A program made the translations under genes and the position numbers. The notes beneath the pieces were generated by a model. It was not told where the DNA came from. It made no database searches and saw only the letters and a list, made by a program, of their open reading frames with translations. From an uncultured Chlamydiales bacterium (GTDB taxonomy: Bacteria; Chlamydiota; Chlamydiia; Chlamydiales; JAAKFR01), in the NCBI GenBank assembly GCA_963699155.1, contig OY969414.1, positions 875,757 to 939,756 of the forward strand: 64,000 nucleotides of DNA. The letters run 5' to 3'. Within the stretch, counting starts at the first letter, position 1. Every line of letters starts with the position of its first letter. This document shows positions 48,541 to 58,841 of this stretch, one piece after another.

Positions 48541-51048
48541 ATGTCAAAAGGTCTTAGACTGGATCCAAGCCGCTTTTTTTTACCCTATACGGAACCTCTT
48601 CCATCTGTTCCACAACTCAGATCCCCCATAAAAAGAAAAGCATCGTCTCAAGATCTTCGTGCTTCAGAATGTACAAGGGAGTTATTTTCTGAAAAGAGAC
48701 GGAAGATCGATCTGCCTCCTATCGAAAAATTACCTCATCCCCAATCTCTCCAAGTAAAAACCATTGAACAAAGCATGGAGGTCAAAAATCTCCCTGCTGA
48801 AAAGCGTTTATTGATCCGCACTAAAATCCTAAAAATAGTTCACTCCCAAGATCTCCCAGTAGACGGTCAAATGGTCGATTTGGGTGTTGTCCACTATTAC
48901 TGCGCTTCAGGACGAGAGAGTGCACTCAATTCTGAGGAGTCTCTCTTTAAACAACGATTGAAAGAGATGGAGGAGACGATACGGGAATTAAATAAGGCCT
49001 CTAAAAAGAGCCAGAGCGATGATTCTACACGAACCTCTGGGATTAGAGCCTATTTACTGAGTAGTTTTGCGAAAATTATTTTCCCGCCCGACGGGGGATT
49101 CAATTTGGGAGGATGCTATCTTGTTACAGCCCTGTTAAATAGCTCACTCAGCCTCCATCTATCACCAGAGACTCATGACCAGATCTATTCCATCATTATC
49201 TCACTGATCTCCATCGATGATTTACGCGAGCTATTTATCGCGCCAATCTCCCTTCATCCTCAAATGGCAAAATTGATCTGCATGGAGATGCGATTCTCTT
49301 CTCAAGAAAGATTGAGCTTCGTCCATATCCGCTGGAGCCTACTCTTGGCACTTTTTTCCTCTTTTGGACAAGAGGGAGAAGGTAATTGCTATGCTGTGGC
49401 GACTCTGATGAATCTCATGAGTACCGATCCAGCAGGACTGGTTCGATTGTTGAGAGAGATCCTTGAGAAAAGCAGCTTTTCTTTTAGGGGTAAAGAGATG
49501 CCGATCCTTCCTTTACTTGAAAACAGAATCCCAAAGTCCAAGAGGAGCTTCTTACAACTGATGCTCCTTGAGGTTATTCAGTTTGCTGCACACAATGGTG
49601 AACAAGCGATTTTACCAGGGACCTTCCCCTTTAAAAGGGAAACAATGGGCACAATCTACGCCAAAACTTCCTCAAGTTTCTGGGCCGCATCTCTACCCAC
49701 GCCCAATAAGACCCTTTTTCGCCCTTACGAACACTTTTTTTCGTCATTCCTCAATGAATACCTCTACGTCGTCGATTATCATCACTCCAGCTGTTCTATC
49801 GAACAGAACTGGGTGAAATTTGCCTTTCATAGTCAGGGCTTCAAGTTTAATGGCACATTGAGTGATTACAAACCCTTCTATGCTCTGAGACGGCTCTATA
49901 GATGGACAAACGATCAATTTTTCCCCATCGATACCTTAACAGGTTTTAGCTCGTTCTGTGTTGAGCTATGGAATGCCATTTCACTTCCTGAAGAGCTTGA
50001 CCCTACAAGGCAAGCCTTTTGCCAATATCTGTCCAGCCCCTCCTATCGAAAACTGTTGGCAGAAGGCCTCGTCGCCTATAACAAAGGGACGAAACTGACT
50101 TGGGAGGATTACTTCAATTCCGATTCGTTTTTTATGAGGCAAAAAGGTGGTCATTGCGGAATGACAGCAGGTCTACCTGCGATCCAGCGGACTTTCACAA
50201 ATTTGATGAGTGTGGAAGGTAGTGATCCTTCAGAGATTTTTAGTGCGCTCTGTCACTCTTTACGTGACTATGCAGACCGTTGTGGAGCCATTGAGAAAAT
50301 GGATCCAATGATTTTAGCAAGTTCTTCTAATCATGCATTTAATTTTACTCCTTTCCGCTTTCAAAAGTATTGGCAGAATGAGGGGAGAGAGTTGCAGGAG
50401 AGAGTCATCAATCCTGGCGAAAGGGTGACCAAAACAGTACTTACAAGGGTGCAGATGTGGCGCACTCTACACTATGTTTTCGGGCCTGAGGAAGCTGATG
50501 CGGTGATGAGATCTATTCCTGAGGAGAATTTAACGGCACTAGATTTTTTTAAGCAGGCCTCTGATTTTATTGCGCAAAGTGAGCAGGAGGAATTTTCTCA
50601 GATGATACGGCTCATACAGCGGCAAATTCATCGCCCACATTGGGTGGATAGCCTCCCTGCTATTTTAGAGCCCTTTTCTCTTTCATTAGAGCCTGCCGTT
50701 TTACAGAAGGTCCAAGACCATTTTATGAAAGAATGTAGAGACTACATGACACCATTCCAGGTAGCCAGCGCTATTCACGAGACTCTTCTACTCCATTTTT
50801 CTCAGAATATAGAACGTCCTCAGCTCGAGGAGTTCCTCTGCCAATTTTTCACCCTTCCAGAAATTGTTGAAGTGGCCAATTTGAATTGGGTAGATGACTC
50901 TTCAGAGCAAGCCCACCCTGTCTACCTCGTCCTAAGCTATGATACAATACATGGTGGCTTACTCTTCCAGCAACGCTGCAGGGGTGATCTAATGCCACTC
51001 AAGACTCCTATCAAGGATGGGAAATTTCATCTCTATTTCCCAATTTGA
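48541..51048 (+). CDS. Large hypothetical protein, paralog 2
   Basis: 835 aa; GQEGEGNCYAVA, QKGG, NHAFNFTP, ANLNW; GAGGAG RBS. Confidence 0.7.
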   Translation: MSKGLRLDPSRFFLPYTEPLPSVPQLRSPIKRKASSQDLRASECTRELFSEKRRKIDLPPIEKLPHPQSLQVKTIEQSMEVKNLPAEKRLLIRTKILKIVHSQDLPVDGQMVDLGVVHYYCASGRESALNSEESLFKQRLKEMEETIRELNKASKKSQSDDSTRTSGIRAYLLSSFAKIIFPPDGGFNLGGCYLVTALLNSSLSLHLSPETHDQIYSIIISLISIDDLRELFIAPISLHPQMAKLICMEMRFSSQERLSFVHIRWSLLLALFSSFGQEGEGNCYAVATLMNLMSTDPAGLVRLLREILEKSSFSFRGKEMPILPLLENRIPKSKRSFLQLMLLEVIQFAAHNGEQAILPGTFPFKRETMGTIYAKTSSSFWAASLPTPNKTLFRPYEHFFSSFLNEYLYVVDYHHSSCSIEQNWVKFAFHSQGFKFNGTLSDYKPFYALRRLYRWTNDQFFPIDTLTGFSSFCVELWNAISLPEELDPTRQAFCQYLSSPSYRKLLAEGLVAYNKGTKLTWEDYFNSDSFFMRQKGGHCGMTAGLPAIQRTFTNLMSVEGSDPSEIFSALCHSLRDYADRCGAIEKMDPMILASSSNHAFNFTPFRFQKYWQNEGRELQERVINPGERVTKTVLTRVQMWRTLHYVFGPEEADAVMRSIPEENLTALDFFKQASDFIAQSEQEEFSQMIRLIQRQIHRPHWVDSLPAILEPFSLSLEPAVLQKVQDHFMKECRDYMTPFQVASAIHETLLLHFSQNIERPQLEEFLCQFFTLPEIVEVANLNWVDDSSEQAHPVYLVLSYDTIHGGLLFQQRCRGDLMPLKTPIKDGKFHLYFPI

Positions 51049-51087
51049 TTTTTAAAAAATGAGAAAGTCAGTTATGGTCCTCCGCTT

Positions 51088-52422
51088 ATGGCGTTACAAT
51101 TTGACCCTACTGCATTTTTCTTGCCAAACAACGACCCTCTTCCTGCAGCACGTAATAGGGGCATTTTAAAAAGGCCACGCGATACGACTATAGAAGTTGC
51201 TGTAGGGGTAATTCATAAAAAAATACGTTTCGATACAACGGTATCAGAATCGCTAAGTAGTCAAATCGCATATATCGAGACTAGCTTAGAAAAAAGAGCC
51301 GCTGATGAGGCCCTCTGGTCTCAATCACGTGCAAGGATTGAGAAAATTCTCCAACAGCCTCTCTGGCCTGAATCAAAAAAAATGGCCCACTTAGGCATCC
51401 TCGGTTATTACATCGGTTCGGGGCGTGCGCTTCCTGCAATTGATCTCGAAGAGAGCCTTGTGAGTGAAATCAAGGATAGGTTCCACTATTTCAAGTGCGA
51501 TAAAAAAATCTATCTACTCCAACAATTTGCCAAATGGATTTTTCCTGCCAATGGGGGTTTTAACCGTGCTGGATGCATGACTGTGCAGACCTTGTTGGCA
51601 ATGCATTTCCACAAACATTTTTCTGTTGAGGAGCGCAAGAGGGTTTTAGAGTGCGTTCTCCAATTAATTAATCGAGAGCCCCTCCTGGAGTTGTTTCGAA
51701 AAGGCTTTGAGATCTACCTCCCTCTCCAAAATCCCATCCATGAGGAGATGGGGATCCCATCGGAAGAGTCACTCTCTTTTGTCGACTTACGTTGGAATCT
51801 GCTGCTCTTTCTCTTTCAGAAAAGGCCCACTCAGTTGGGCAAACTCTTCGAAGTGCTCGAGAGGGGCTATTTCCTTCATGGGGGTAGAGAGATAGAGATA
51901 GACTCGCTCTTGCCATTCTGCAAAAAGAGGGTGGAAGAAGGGGTTCTAGCATCTCTTGAGCAAGTGATCGCCGCATTTGTCGAGTTGAACGATTCCGATG
52001 AAAAAATGGACTTATGTTGGATGATCAGAGAAAAAGTCTGTAATAGGGATTCTGACGCTGTTTTAAAATGGATGGAAGAACATTTCTTTATCTACGATAT
52101 CGATGGGGTTGAAGGAGAGATCGTTCAGAATCGCCTCTTCTTTGATTCTCATACAGCTTCCCTCACTTTTGAAGGTAGTAGTGCCACCTATGCATCCTTT
52201 CAACGCATTCGGCGTCTGTTCATTTTAGAAAATGGGTCATTGACTCCGATAGACACGCTGACTGCATTGGGAGCTTGTTTACAACTAGAAATGAGCAGCT
52301 TTTCTATCACACATGCCGCTCAATTTGTCGCAGATTACAATCAGAGCTGTTCTCTCAGAGCGGCACGCTATCAACAAGATGATGCTTTTGTTCTGATTCC
52401 TCTTGGCGTCCTTCGTAGCTGA
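51088..52422 (+). CDS. Hypothetical protein, shortened paralog 3 lacking the Cys and His motifs
   Basis: Shares FDP..FFLP...PLP, FAK.IFP..GGFN..GC, SFV.LRW.LL, RRLF..PIDTLT; overlaps the ptr 3' end by 68 bp. Confidence 0.68.
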   Translation: MALQFDPTAFFLPNNDPLPAARNRGILKRPRDTTIEVAVGVIHKKIRFDTTVSESLSSQIAYIETSLEKRAADEALWSQSRARIEKILQQPLWPESKKMAHLGILGYYIGSGRALPAIDLEESLVSEIKDRFHYFKCDKKIYLLQQFAKWIFPANGGFNRAGCMTVQTLLAMHFHKHFSVEERKRVLECVLQLINREPLLELFRKGFEIYLPLQNPIHEEMGIPSEESLSFVDLRWNLLLFLFQKRPTQLGKLFEVLERGYFLHGGREIEIDSLLPFCKKRVEEGVLASLEQVIAAFVELNDSDEKMDLCWMIREKVCNRDSDAVLKWMEEHFFIYDIDGVEGEIVQNRLFFDSHTASLTFEGSSATYASFQRIRRLFILENGSLTPIDTLTALGACLQLEMSSFSITHAAQFVADYNQSCSLRAARYQQDDAFVLIPLGVLRS

Positions 52423-55336
52423 TCTCTTTGCGAAAGGCTTCCAGTGAATCGATTTCTTGATAGCTCAATCCTCCCTTGTCAGGAAGAATCCCATTCACAG
52501 CGATGGCTACTCGGCGCTTATTCTCTTTGCCGATAAAGTGGTGGGCATAGTCTAGGAACTCTGGATAGGTGAGCTCTTTATAAGCTTGGATCCTCTTTTC
52601 AGTCCAATGGAAGTCGGCATCATAATCACAAGCGATAAGGTGGAGGAGACTCCCCATTTTAGCGAGATTTTCCGCAGGATGTTCCAACTGCTCTACCAAG
52701 GCACTCTTGATCGATTCGAACCGCTCTTCAGGAATGACCTCAGCTTCTAAATGTTGGAGACTATTTTCCAAGAAGAGCTCAAATCGCGCTAAAAGGTCGC
52801 GGGCATCGTGGGAACTCGATTGGATTGCGAAGAAACTATAGAGATGGCGCTCCATCTCTTGAGACCAATTGGTGACCAGATAGGCAGTCTGCTGGCGGGT
52901 CCGCAATTCGCTAAAAAAGGGCTCTTCCAAACCTTTCGTGAGAATCTCTTGAGCTGCTCTTCGTTTAAATTCGAAATAACCGCAGTCGGTTGCCAAAATC
53001 AAGGCGTTGGCTGGCTGTTCGCTATTGAGGCAAATATAGGCGGCCACTTCACGTGCTGGGAGTTGAGCCATTTCCCGATTGGGGTGCTCAGAAGGGGGAT
53101 AGGCTTGGGAGGCGAAGATCGTTTTTAAGCTGTTCCAAAGCTCTTTTGCCTCTGTTGGGGTCTGATTACCAAAGAGCGTACCTTGGATATAAGAGCGTTT
53201 CAGGAGGGCATTACAGAATTGTTTCATCTCTGGATAGCTGGCTTGACTTAGAGCCCTCGTTTTTTGCTCCATTCCGGGGAAGTGTTTATGTAGAATCGAG
53301 GAAAGAAGCTCACCACCCTGTTTGAGAGGGCTGGCGTTCAGAGAATTGGTATAGTCGCGTGCAAGAGAAGCGGAATAAAGTTCAAACTGCTCCTTTGATG
53401 GGCAGGCACTTTTCATTTCAGTGGCAATCGTTTTGAAAAAGGGGGCTGCTTTATCGCTATACCCTCTCACTTTCAGCTCTAAACCGCCCTCTTTAGGTGC
53501 GAGAGAGAAGGAGAGACCTGCTGTGAGTGCCTCATAGGCGACGGCATTGAGATTTTCACTGACTGTATGGCAATAGAGGTCGGCGTAGACATAGCTGAGA
53601 GGATCTTCTTCGGAGATTTCAGGTGTCTCTATGTGGAAGGTCCAGCTAATCTCCGGTACTAAGAACTGCTGATCGGATGAGGCATAAATGCACCCTGAAG
53701 CTTCGTCAGCAATTATTGTGGTCTCAGGTAAAAGAGAGGGCTTTTCCTGTTTGAGGCTATTTTTCACCTCCCAGTTTCTAGGAATAAAGGGATTGGGCCT
53801 TGGGATCGAAATGGCTTGGTGACCTGCTACCTTTGCCCAAGCTTTAATTTTCTCACTGTTGATGGGGATTTGAGTATATTCGGCACCTAGCCACTTCTCT
53901 TTCGAAGTGGGGCTTACTTTTGTCAAAGAGGGATCCGCGACAAGTGTGTAGAGGCACTCTTCAGGTGTCAGACAGGCGATCAGTTCTTTAATTTTTTGTG
54001 GAGCAAAGATCGAGGGGATCAGAGTTTGTCGTGGATAGGTCTCTAGAGGCTCTTCAACCATGTTTGTGGCATAATCGGAGACAAAATCAAAGATCTCAGT
54101 CCGTGATTGAAAACGGTATCTCATCTCTTCGAGATGGCTCACCTCTTCGAAAACATATTTGGGGATACCACTTTTGCGGATGGCAGCGATCGCTTCGAAG
54201 CAACGGGTGATCACCTCTTCGTACTGTTCCACGCCCTGATCAGTGAGTTGGACAGAGAGGGTGAGAAAACATTGGTCATGGCCAGCTCTAACATTACCCA
54301 CACCGAGACCTTCGGCCAGATTTTCTCTTTTGAGCTGTGCGAGTAGACTGCTCGCTCCTTCATGGCCCAAAACATGGCTCAAAAGCTTATCCGTATGAAG
54401 GGTACGATCTTGACCAAAGAATCTAGGAATTTCCCAACTTAGCTCTAAAGATTGGACCTCTTGAACAGGTGTGATGACACAGAGTTTTTGTTCCTGTTCT
54501 TTAATTTTCAAGTTATGAGCAAAGTGAGAAGGCTCTCGATGCTTATTCTTGACGGCTGAAAAGAGGGCGCTTATCTCTTTTTCGAGCGTGTCGAGATCTT
54601 CAGAAGAGTAGACGACGAGGTGCATCAGGTTAGCACTGTAATGGGTACGATACCACTCCTTCAATTCATCTTGAGAAATTTGGGCGAGGCTCTCTTTATT
54701 ACCGATAGAGAAGGCATGGAAGGGATGGTCGCTATTGGCGAGCTCTTTTTTGACGAAGAGAACCCGCCAGGGATCGAGCGGAATATTTTTACAGAATTCG
54801 CTATGGATCGCTTTGCACTCCCGATCGACACCTGAGGGGCTAAATAGGGGAGAGATAAAAAATTGGCCAAATCGGTCTAGGGCACCTAAGAAAGCGTCAT
54901 TATTCACAGAAAACATGTAGACAGTGCGATCTGCCATGGTGAAGGCATTCCGATTGCCCCCATGCTCATCTAGATAACGGGTATAACCCTGTTCTTCAGG
55001 ATACTTTTCGGTTCCGAGAAAGAGCATATGTTCCACAAAATGGGCCATCCCGGGACGATCTTCAGGGTCATCCCAGCTCCCTACAGCTACGGCGAGACCT
55101 GCACCCGATTCATGGGTCTCTGGATCGGAGATCAGCAGGGCTTCCAGGCCATTGTCAAGGCGCAATTTGCGGACCGATCGCTCGGCCAGACTGGGAGTGG
55201 CGATCGTTAATCCCGCTTTATCTTCGATTATTTTATAAATGGACCCACCCACCTTCTCTCTATCAATCTTATTATCAGGCTCAGCTGATAAGGCTGCTGA
55301 GATAGCTAGGAACAGGGTGCAAAAAATTTTCTTCAT
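52355..55336 (-). CDS. ptr: Pitrilysin/insulinase family (M16) secreted metalloprotease
   Basis: Signal peptide, GMAHFVEHMLFLGTEKYP (HxxEH), NAFT, FFSELRTRQQTAY. Confidence 0.95.
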   Translation of the reverse strand: MKKIFCTLFLAISAALSAEPDNKIDREKVGGSIYKIIEDKAGLTIATPSLAERSVRKLRLDNGLEALLISDPETHESGAGLAVAVGSWDDPEDRPGMAHFVEHMLFLGTEKYPEEQGYTRYLDEHGGNRNAFTMADRTVYMFSVNNDAFLGALDRFGQFFISPLFSPSGVDRECKAIHSEFCKNIPLDPWRVLFVKKELANSDHPFHAFSIGNKESLAQISQDELKEWYRTHYSANLMHLVVYSSEDLDTLEKEISALFSAVKNKHREPSHFAHNLKIKEQEQKLCVITPVQEVQSLELSWEIPRFFGQDRTLHTDKLLSHVLGHEGASSLLAQLKRENLAEGLGVGNVRAGHDQCFLTLSVQLTDQGVEQYEEVITRCFEAIAAIRKSGIPKYVFEEVSHLEEMRYRFQSRTEIFDFVSDYATNMVEEPLETYPRQTLIPSIFAPQKIKELIACLTPEECLYTLVADPSLTKVSPTSKEKWLGAEYTQIPINSEKIKAWAKVAGHQAISIPRPNPFIPRNWEVKNSLKQEKPSLLPETTIIADEASGCIYASSDQQFLVPEISWTFHIETPEISEEDPLSYVYADLYCHTVSENLNAVAYEALTAGLSFSLAPKEGGLELKVRGYSDKAAPFFKTIATEMKSACPSKEQFELYSASLARDYTNSLNASPLKQGGELLSSILHKHFPGMEQKTRALSQASYPEMKQFCNALLKRSYIQGTLFGNQTPTEAKELWNSLKTIFASQAYPPSEHPNREMAQLPAREVAAYICLNSEQPANALILATDCGYFEFKRRAAQEILTKGLEEPFFSELRTRQQTAYLVTNWSQEMERHLYSFFAIQSSSHDARDLLARFELFLENSLQHLEAEVIPEERFESIKSALVEQLEHPAENLAKMGSLLHLIACDYDADFHWTEKRIQAYKELTYPEFLDYAHHFIGKENKRRVAIAVNGILPDKGGLSYQEIDSLEAFRKEISYEGRQEESEQKHHLVDSVPL

Positions 55337-56343
55337 TGATTCTGCTTTAACCTTTTTAAATCGGTATAATTTTTGTTCACCAAATCCCAAATGTATTGGG
55401 CACGGGCATTTCTTTTTTCGTGCCGGTCACTGGTTTCAGAGCCGGGAAAGTTTTCCATATCGATTTCATTGCCAAACGAGAAGAGAGCCCCCTCTCTTCT
55501 AGCCCTCCTCATCTCACCAATCTCTTTTTCGACAGTAGCGGGAGGTGGCAAAATATCAAAAGTATCGAGCGAAAGAGGATAAAAATGGACTGGTTTATTT
55601 GCCTGTTTGGCCATCAGGCGGAACATCTCGATGCTGGGCGCATCGAACGGGGCGACAACCACTTCACCACTCGCATCAGGCCGATCTCTTCCACCGCTGG
55701 GGGCCACATAGATGAACTTCCCGCCTTCGCTGAGTAACTCTTTCATCCGCTGCATCGTTCGCTGGTTATGTTTGAGTTTTCCCTCTTTTCTTTCAGGAGG
55801 ATTATCGATGTGGCGTTTCGAATAGATGCAGAGCAAGTTTCGCCCTTTACTGAAGGGGATTGCAAGGGTATCGGTGATGACCCGGTCGCCTGCGACAAAA
55901 ATCACCTCTTCCCCGAGATGGGGATGGCTCTCTTCTAGGATCAGACTCATCAGTTGAGGGTCGACCTCTGTCTGGTGATTCGCAAAGAGAATCGCATTTT
56001 CACCGCGCAGGATCTGCGCATCGATCTTCTTGACATTCTCTGGAAAGTAGAGATGAGAGCGGGATCGATCCACCAAAGGTCGGATGAATTCAACCCCGAA
56101 CTTGTAATAGTTGTAGGGTGTCGTGATGCGGCGATGAAAGGGTTCAAATGGATGGGGCTGACGGTATTCTTGAATCGTCAAGTTGAGAAGCGTTTCAAAA
56201 AGGTGATCAAATGGCTCCATCTCAATCCCCTGGGACTTTAAAGAAGCAGCATAACTTTCGTGGAGGCTGAAGCAACCTTGGTAAACCTTCTCTGAAATAT
56301 CACCGGCTTCTAAACGTTGCTTGAGGAGTTTTTCAAAATTCAT
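55333..56343 (-). CDS. plsB: Glycerol-3-phosphate acyltransferase (plastid-type)
   Basis: NHQTEVDP (HX4D), VAGDRV, PFSKGRNLLCIYSKRH, APSGGRDRP. Confidence 0.93.
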   Translation of the reverse strand: MNFEKLLKQRLEAGDISEKVYQGCFSLHESYAASLKSQGIEMEPFDHLFETLLNLTIQEYRQPHPFEPFHRRITTPYNYYKFGVEFIRPLVDRSRSHLYFPENVKKIDAQILRGENAILFANHQTEVDPQLMSLILEESHPHLGEEVIFVAGDRVITDTLAIPFSKGRNLLCIYSKRHIDNPPERKEGKLKHNQRTMQRMKELLSEGGKFIYVAPSGGRDRPDASGEVVVAPFDAPSIEMFRLMAKQANKPVHFYPLSLDTFDILPPPATVEKEIGEMRRARREGALFSFGNEIDMENFPGSETSDRHEKRNARAQYIWDLVNKNYTDLKRLKQNQ

Positions 56344-57890
56344 ACATCCAAACGTTCTTTTGTCACTGTAGAATAGATCTGATAGTCATTGAGGTGGAAA
56401 GTATCGGAAGTGTGAAATTCCAGAACAGCTTTCGAATTTTTCGCAAACTTATCGAAAAATTCTTTATCACCCTCATTTTGCATGTAGCGATCCAGCTCAG
56501 GATGGACCACCAACAAAAGACCAAATTGTTCTTCATGGAGAATCGCTTTCTTGAGTGACCTTTCGATTTCGATGACGACACTTTCGTGGGTTTTGATTAA
56601 TGCGCTGCCATTACAGTAGGGACAGCTCGTAAACAGTGTTTGAATGAGAGATTCCCGGCTCCGTTGTCTTGTCATCTCGACGAGGCCAAATTCACTCATT
56701 CCCAAAATGGTGCACTTCGCCGAATCATCTTTCATGCAATCTTTGAGTCTTTCAAGAACGCGCCTCTGATTTTTGCGCGCGCGCATGTCGATAAAGTCGA
56801 CAATGACGAGGCCTCCCACATTACGGATTCTCAGTTGGCGAGCGATCTCCTGGGAGGCTTCTAGGTTGATTCTGACGAGTGTCTCTTCGACATCGGTCTC
56901 CGTATCGCTAGATGAGCTTCTGCCTGAATTGACATCGATTGTAAACATTGCTTCAGTGCGATCAAAATAGAGGTAGCCTCCGCTCGGTAGCCAAATCTTA
57001 CGGCGCGTCGCTTTCTCGATCTCCCTTTCAACATTGAACCGCTCGAACATGGGGGTTTTATCCCGATAGTATTCGATCCGCAAGGGATGTTCTTTGTCAA
57101 ATTTCGCATAGTAACGCTTGCAACTTTGAAAGACAGAGTAATCATCGACAAGGAGACGGTCATATTTCTTATCGACACACGTCATGACAGTGCGCTTGAT
57201 GATGTCCGATTCTTCGAAAAGAAGACTTGGGCGGCTGGCATGGTGAAATTTGTCCATGATTGTCTGCCAGGTATTCAAAAGTTCATGCGCCTCGTCGACC
57301 AGCATATCTGTATTGGCATACATGCTCGCTGTTCGACAGATCAATCCCATATCTTGCGGCATCTCGAAGGAGCGGATCAATTTTTTCAACTTTTCACGGG
57401 AAGCTTTATCCTCGATTTTACGCGAGACACCCCTGTGGGGGGAGTTGGGGAGGAGAACTAGATAACGTCCAGCGATCGATACATTGGAGGTGAGCCTAGC
57501 ACCTTTGGTGCCGATGGGCTCTTTGACCACCTGGACTAGAACAGGTTGATCAATTTTCAACATCTCTTCGATTTTCAGCTTTTGATTCTTTCTAGTATCG
57601 ACAGCTTGGATGTCATAATCGAGGTCGAAGTCCATATCAAAGAGCTGTTCGAATTTCTTCGTATTCTCGATGATATCTGACATATGGATAAATCCATTTT
57701 CCCCCTCACTGATATCGATAAAAGCCGATTGGATGTTGTGCAATATATTGGTGACTTTTCCTCGGTAGATATTCCCTGTCAGTTGGCGCGCTTTTTTGCG
57801 CTCAAGGACCAGATCGGCAAGAACGCCTCCTTTTAGGCGTGCATACCGTATTTCTTTGGATTCAATATTAAGAAGTACATCATTCTCCAT
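56340..57890 (-). CDS. rne: Ribonuclease E/G
   Basis: GNIYRGKV, QVVKEPIGTKGARLT, IDVNSGR, GGLVIVDFIDM, CPYCNG. Confidence 0.95.
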   Translation of the reverse strand: MENDVLLNIESKEIRYARLKGGVLADLVLERKKARQLTGNIYRGKVTNILHNIQSAFIDISEGENGFIHMSDIIENTKKFEQLFDMDFDLDYDIQAVDTRKNQKLKIEEMLKIDQPVLVQVVKEPIGTKGARLTSNVSIAGRYLVLLPNSPHRGVSRKIEDKASREKLKKLIRSFEMPQDMGLICRTASMYANTDMLVDEAHELLNTWQTIMDKFHHASRPSLLFEESDIIKRTVMTCVDKKYDRLLVDDYSVFQSCKRYYAKFDKEHPLRIEYYRDKTPMFERFNVEREIEKATRRKIWLPSGGYLYFDRTEAMFTIDVNSGRSSSSDTETDVEETLVRINLEASQEIARQLRIRNVGGLVIVDFIDMRARKNQRRVLERLKDCMKDDSAKCTILGMSEFGLVEMTRQRSRESLIQTLFTSCPYCNGSALIKTHESVVIEIERSLKKAILHEEQFGLLLVVHPELDRYMQNEGDKEFFDKFAKNSKAVLEFHTSDTFHLNDYQIYSTVTKERLDV

Positions 57891-58104
57891 TGGATCATCC
57901 TATGAGTCTGGCGGAATAGATGTATTTTTATACTCGGCAAATCCATGGCGCAAAGCTATCAGAAGGTGGTTTTGAGTTCATCTTTACTATTGTCTCACTA
58001 GTTGTGAGGAAAAACACAGTCTATTCCGGAAAGTTGAATAAAATTTTTAAATACTTTGTCCACCAGGATAACAGATTTCTACAAGGTTGGCCAGACAAAA
58101 AAAG

Positions 58105-58133
58105 ATGACTTCTATGGCTTGTCTAGGTATAAT
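58105..58133 (+). promoter_or_regulatory. Putative promoter of yceD-rpmF-plsX
   Basis: ATGACT-17 nt-TATAAT, 10 nt before ATG 58144. Confidence 0.55.
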
Positions 58134-58143
58134 ATCTTGATTC

Positions 58144-58560
58144 ATGAATGAGACGTTTAAGATTTTTGTCCATCGCTTAAAAGAGGGACAAACCGAAAAA
58201 ATTGTTGAAGACCTTTCACCTGACTTCATGGGAATTCATGAGGCGGAGCTCGTTTTCCAATCTCCCATCAAAATAGAAGGTCAGGCTTCGGTTGCCGAAA
58301 ACGCGCTTGTTCTGCGGCTCAAGATTGAGACCGAGGCGAGGATGCCCTGCTCGATCTGTAATCGAGACGTGAAAGTAAAAATTTTGATTCCTGATCTCTG
58401 TTATACTGAAGAGCTTATAAACATTAAAAGCGGCGTCTTCGATTATCAAGAGGTGGTGCGGGAAGAAATTTTGTTAGGAGTGCCCCTCATTGCCGAGTGC
58501 AATCAAGGGGATTGCCCTGAAAGGGCCCTTCTGGCAAAATATTTCACCAAGTCAACATAA
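58144..58560 (+). CDS. yceD: DUF177/YceD family protein
   Basis: PCSIC motif, EEILLGVP..C...C; directly upstream of rpmF. Confidence 0.85.
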   Translation: MNETFKIFVHRLKEGQTEKIVEDLSPDFMGIHEAELVFQSPIKIEGQASVAENALVLRLKIETEARMPCSICNRDVKVKILIPDLCYTEELINIKSGVFDYQEVVREEILLGVPLIAECNQGDCPERALLAKYFTKST

Positions 58561-58568
58561 GGATATCT

Positions 58569-58754
58569 ATGGCAGTCCCACGTAACCGCATGAGTAATGC
58601 GCGCAAAAATTCGAAACGAGCCCACCACGCCAAGCAGCCGAAGCAGGCCACCGCTTGTCCTAATTGCGGCACACCACGCCTCTCCCACCGTCTATGTGCT
58701 TCTTGCGGCTATTATAACAATCGCAACCTGATCCAGACCGAAGAGAAAGAATAG
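58569..58754 (+). CDS. rpmF: 50S ribosomal protein L32
   Basis: MAVPRNRMS, CPNCG, HRLCASCGYY. Confidence 0.97.
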   Translation: MAVPRNRMSNARKNSKRAHHAKQPKQATACPNCGTPRLSHRLCASCGYYNNRNLIQTEEKE

Positions 58755-58832
58755 ATCTCTCGAAAGAGAAAAAATAGATCACTCGAAGATTTCGTGCCCG
58801 TGCCGGTGCCCGAAATTTTTTATTCGGGCACG
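58741..58832. repeat. 23-bp tandem duplication of the rpmF end, followed by a GTGCCC-repeat hairpin
   Basis: AAGAGAAAGAATAGATCTCTCGAA / AAGAGAAAAAATAGATCACTCGAA; CGTGCCCGTGCCGGTGCCCGAA...TTCGGGCACG. Confidence 0.7.
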
Positions 58833-58841
58833 TAATTTATC

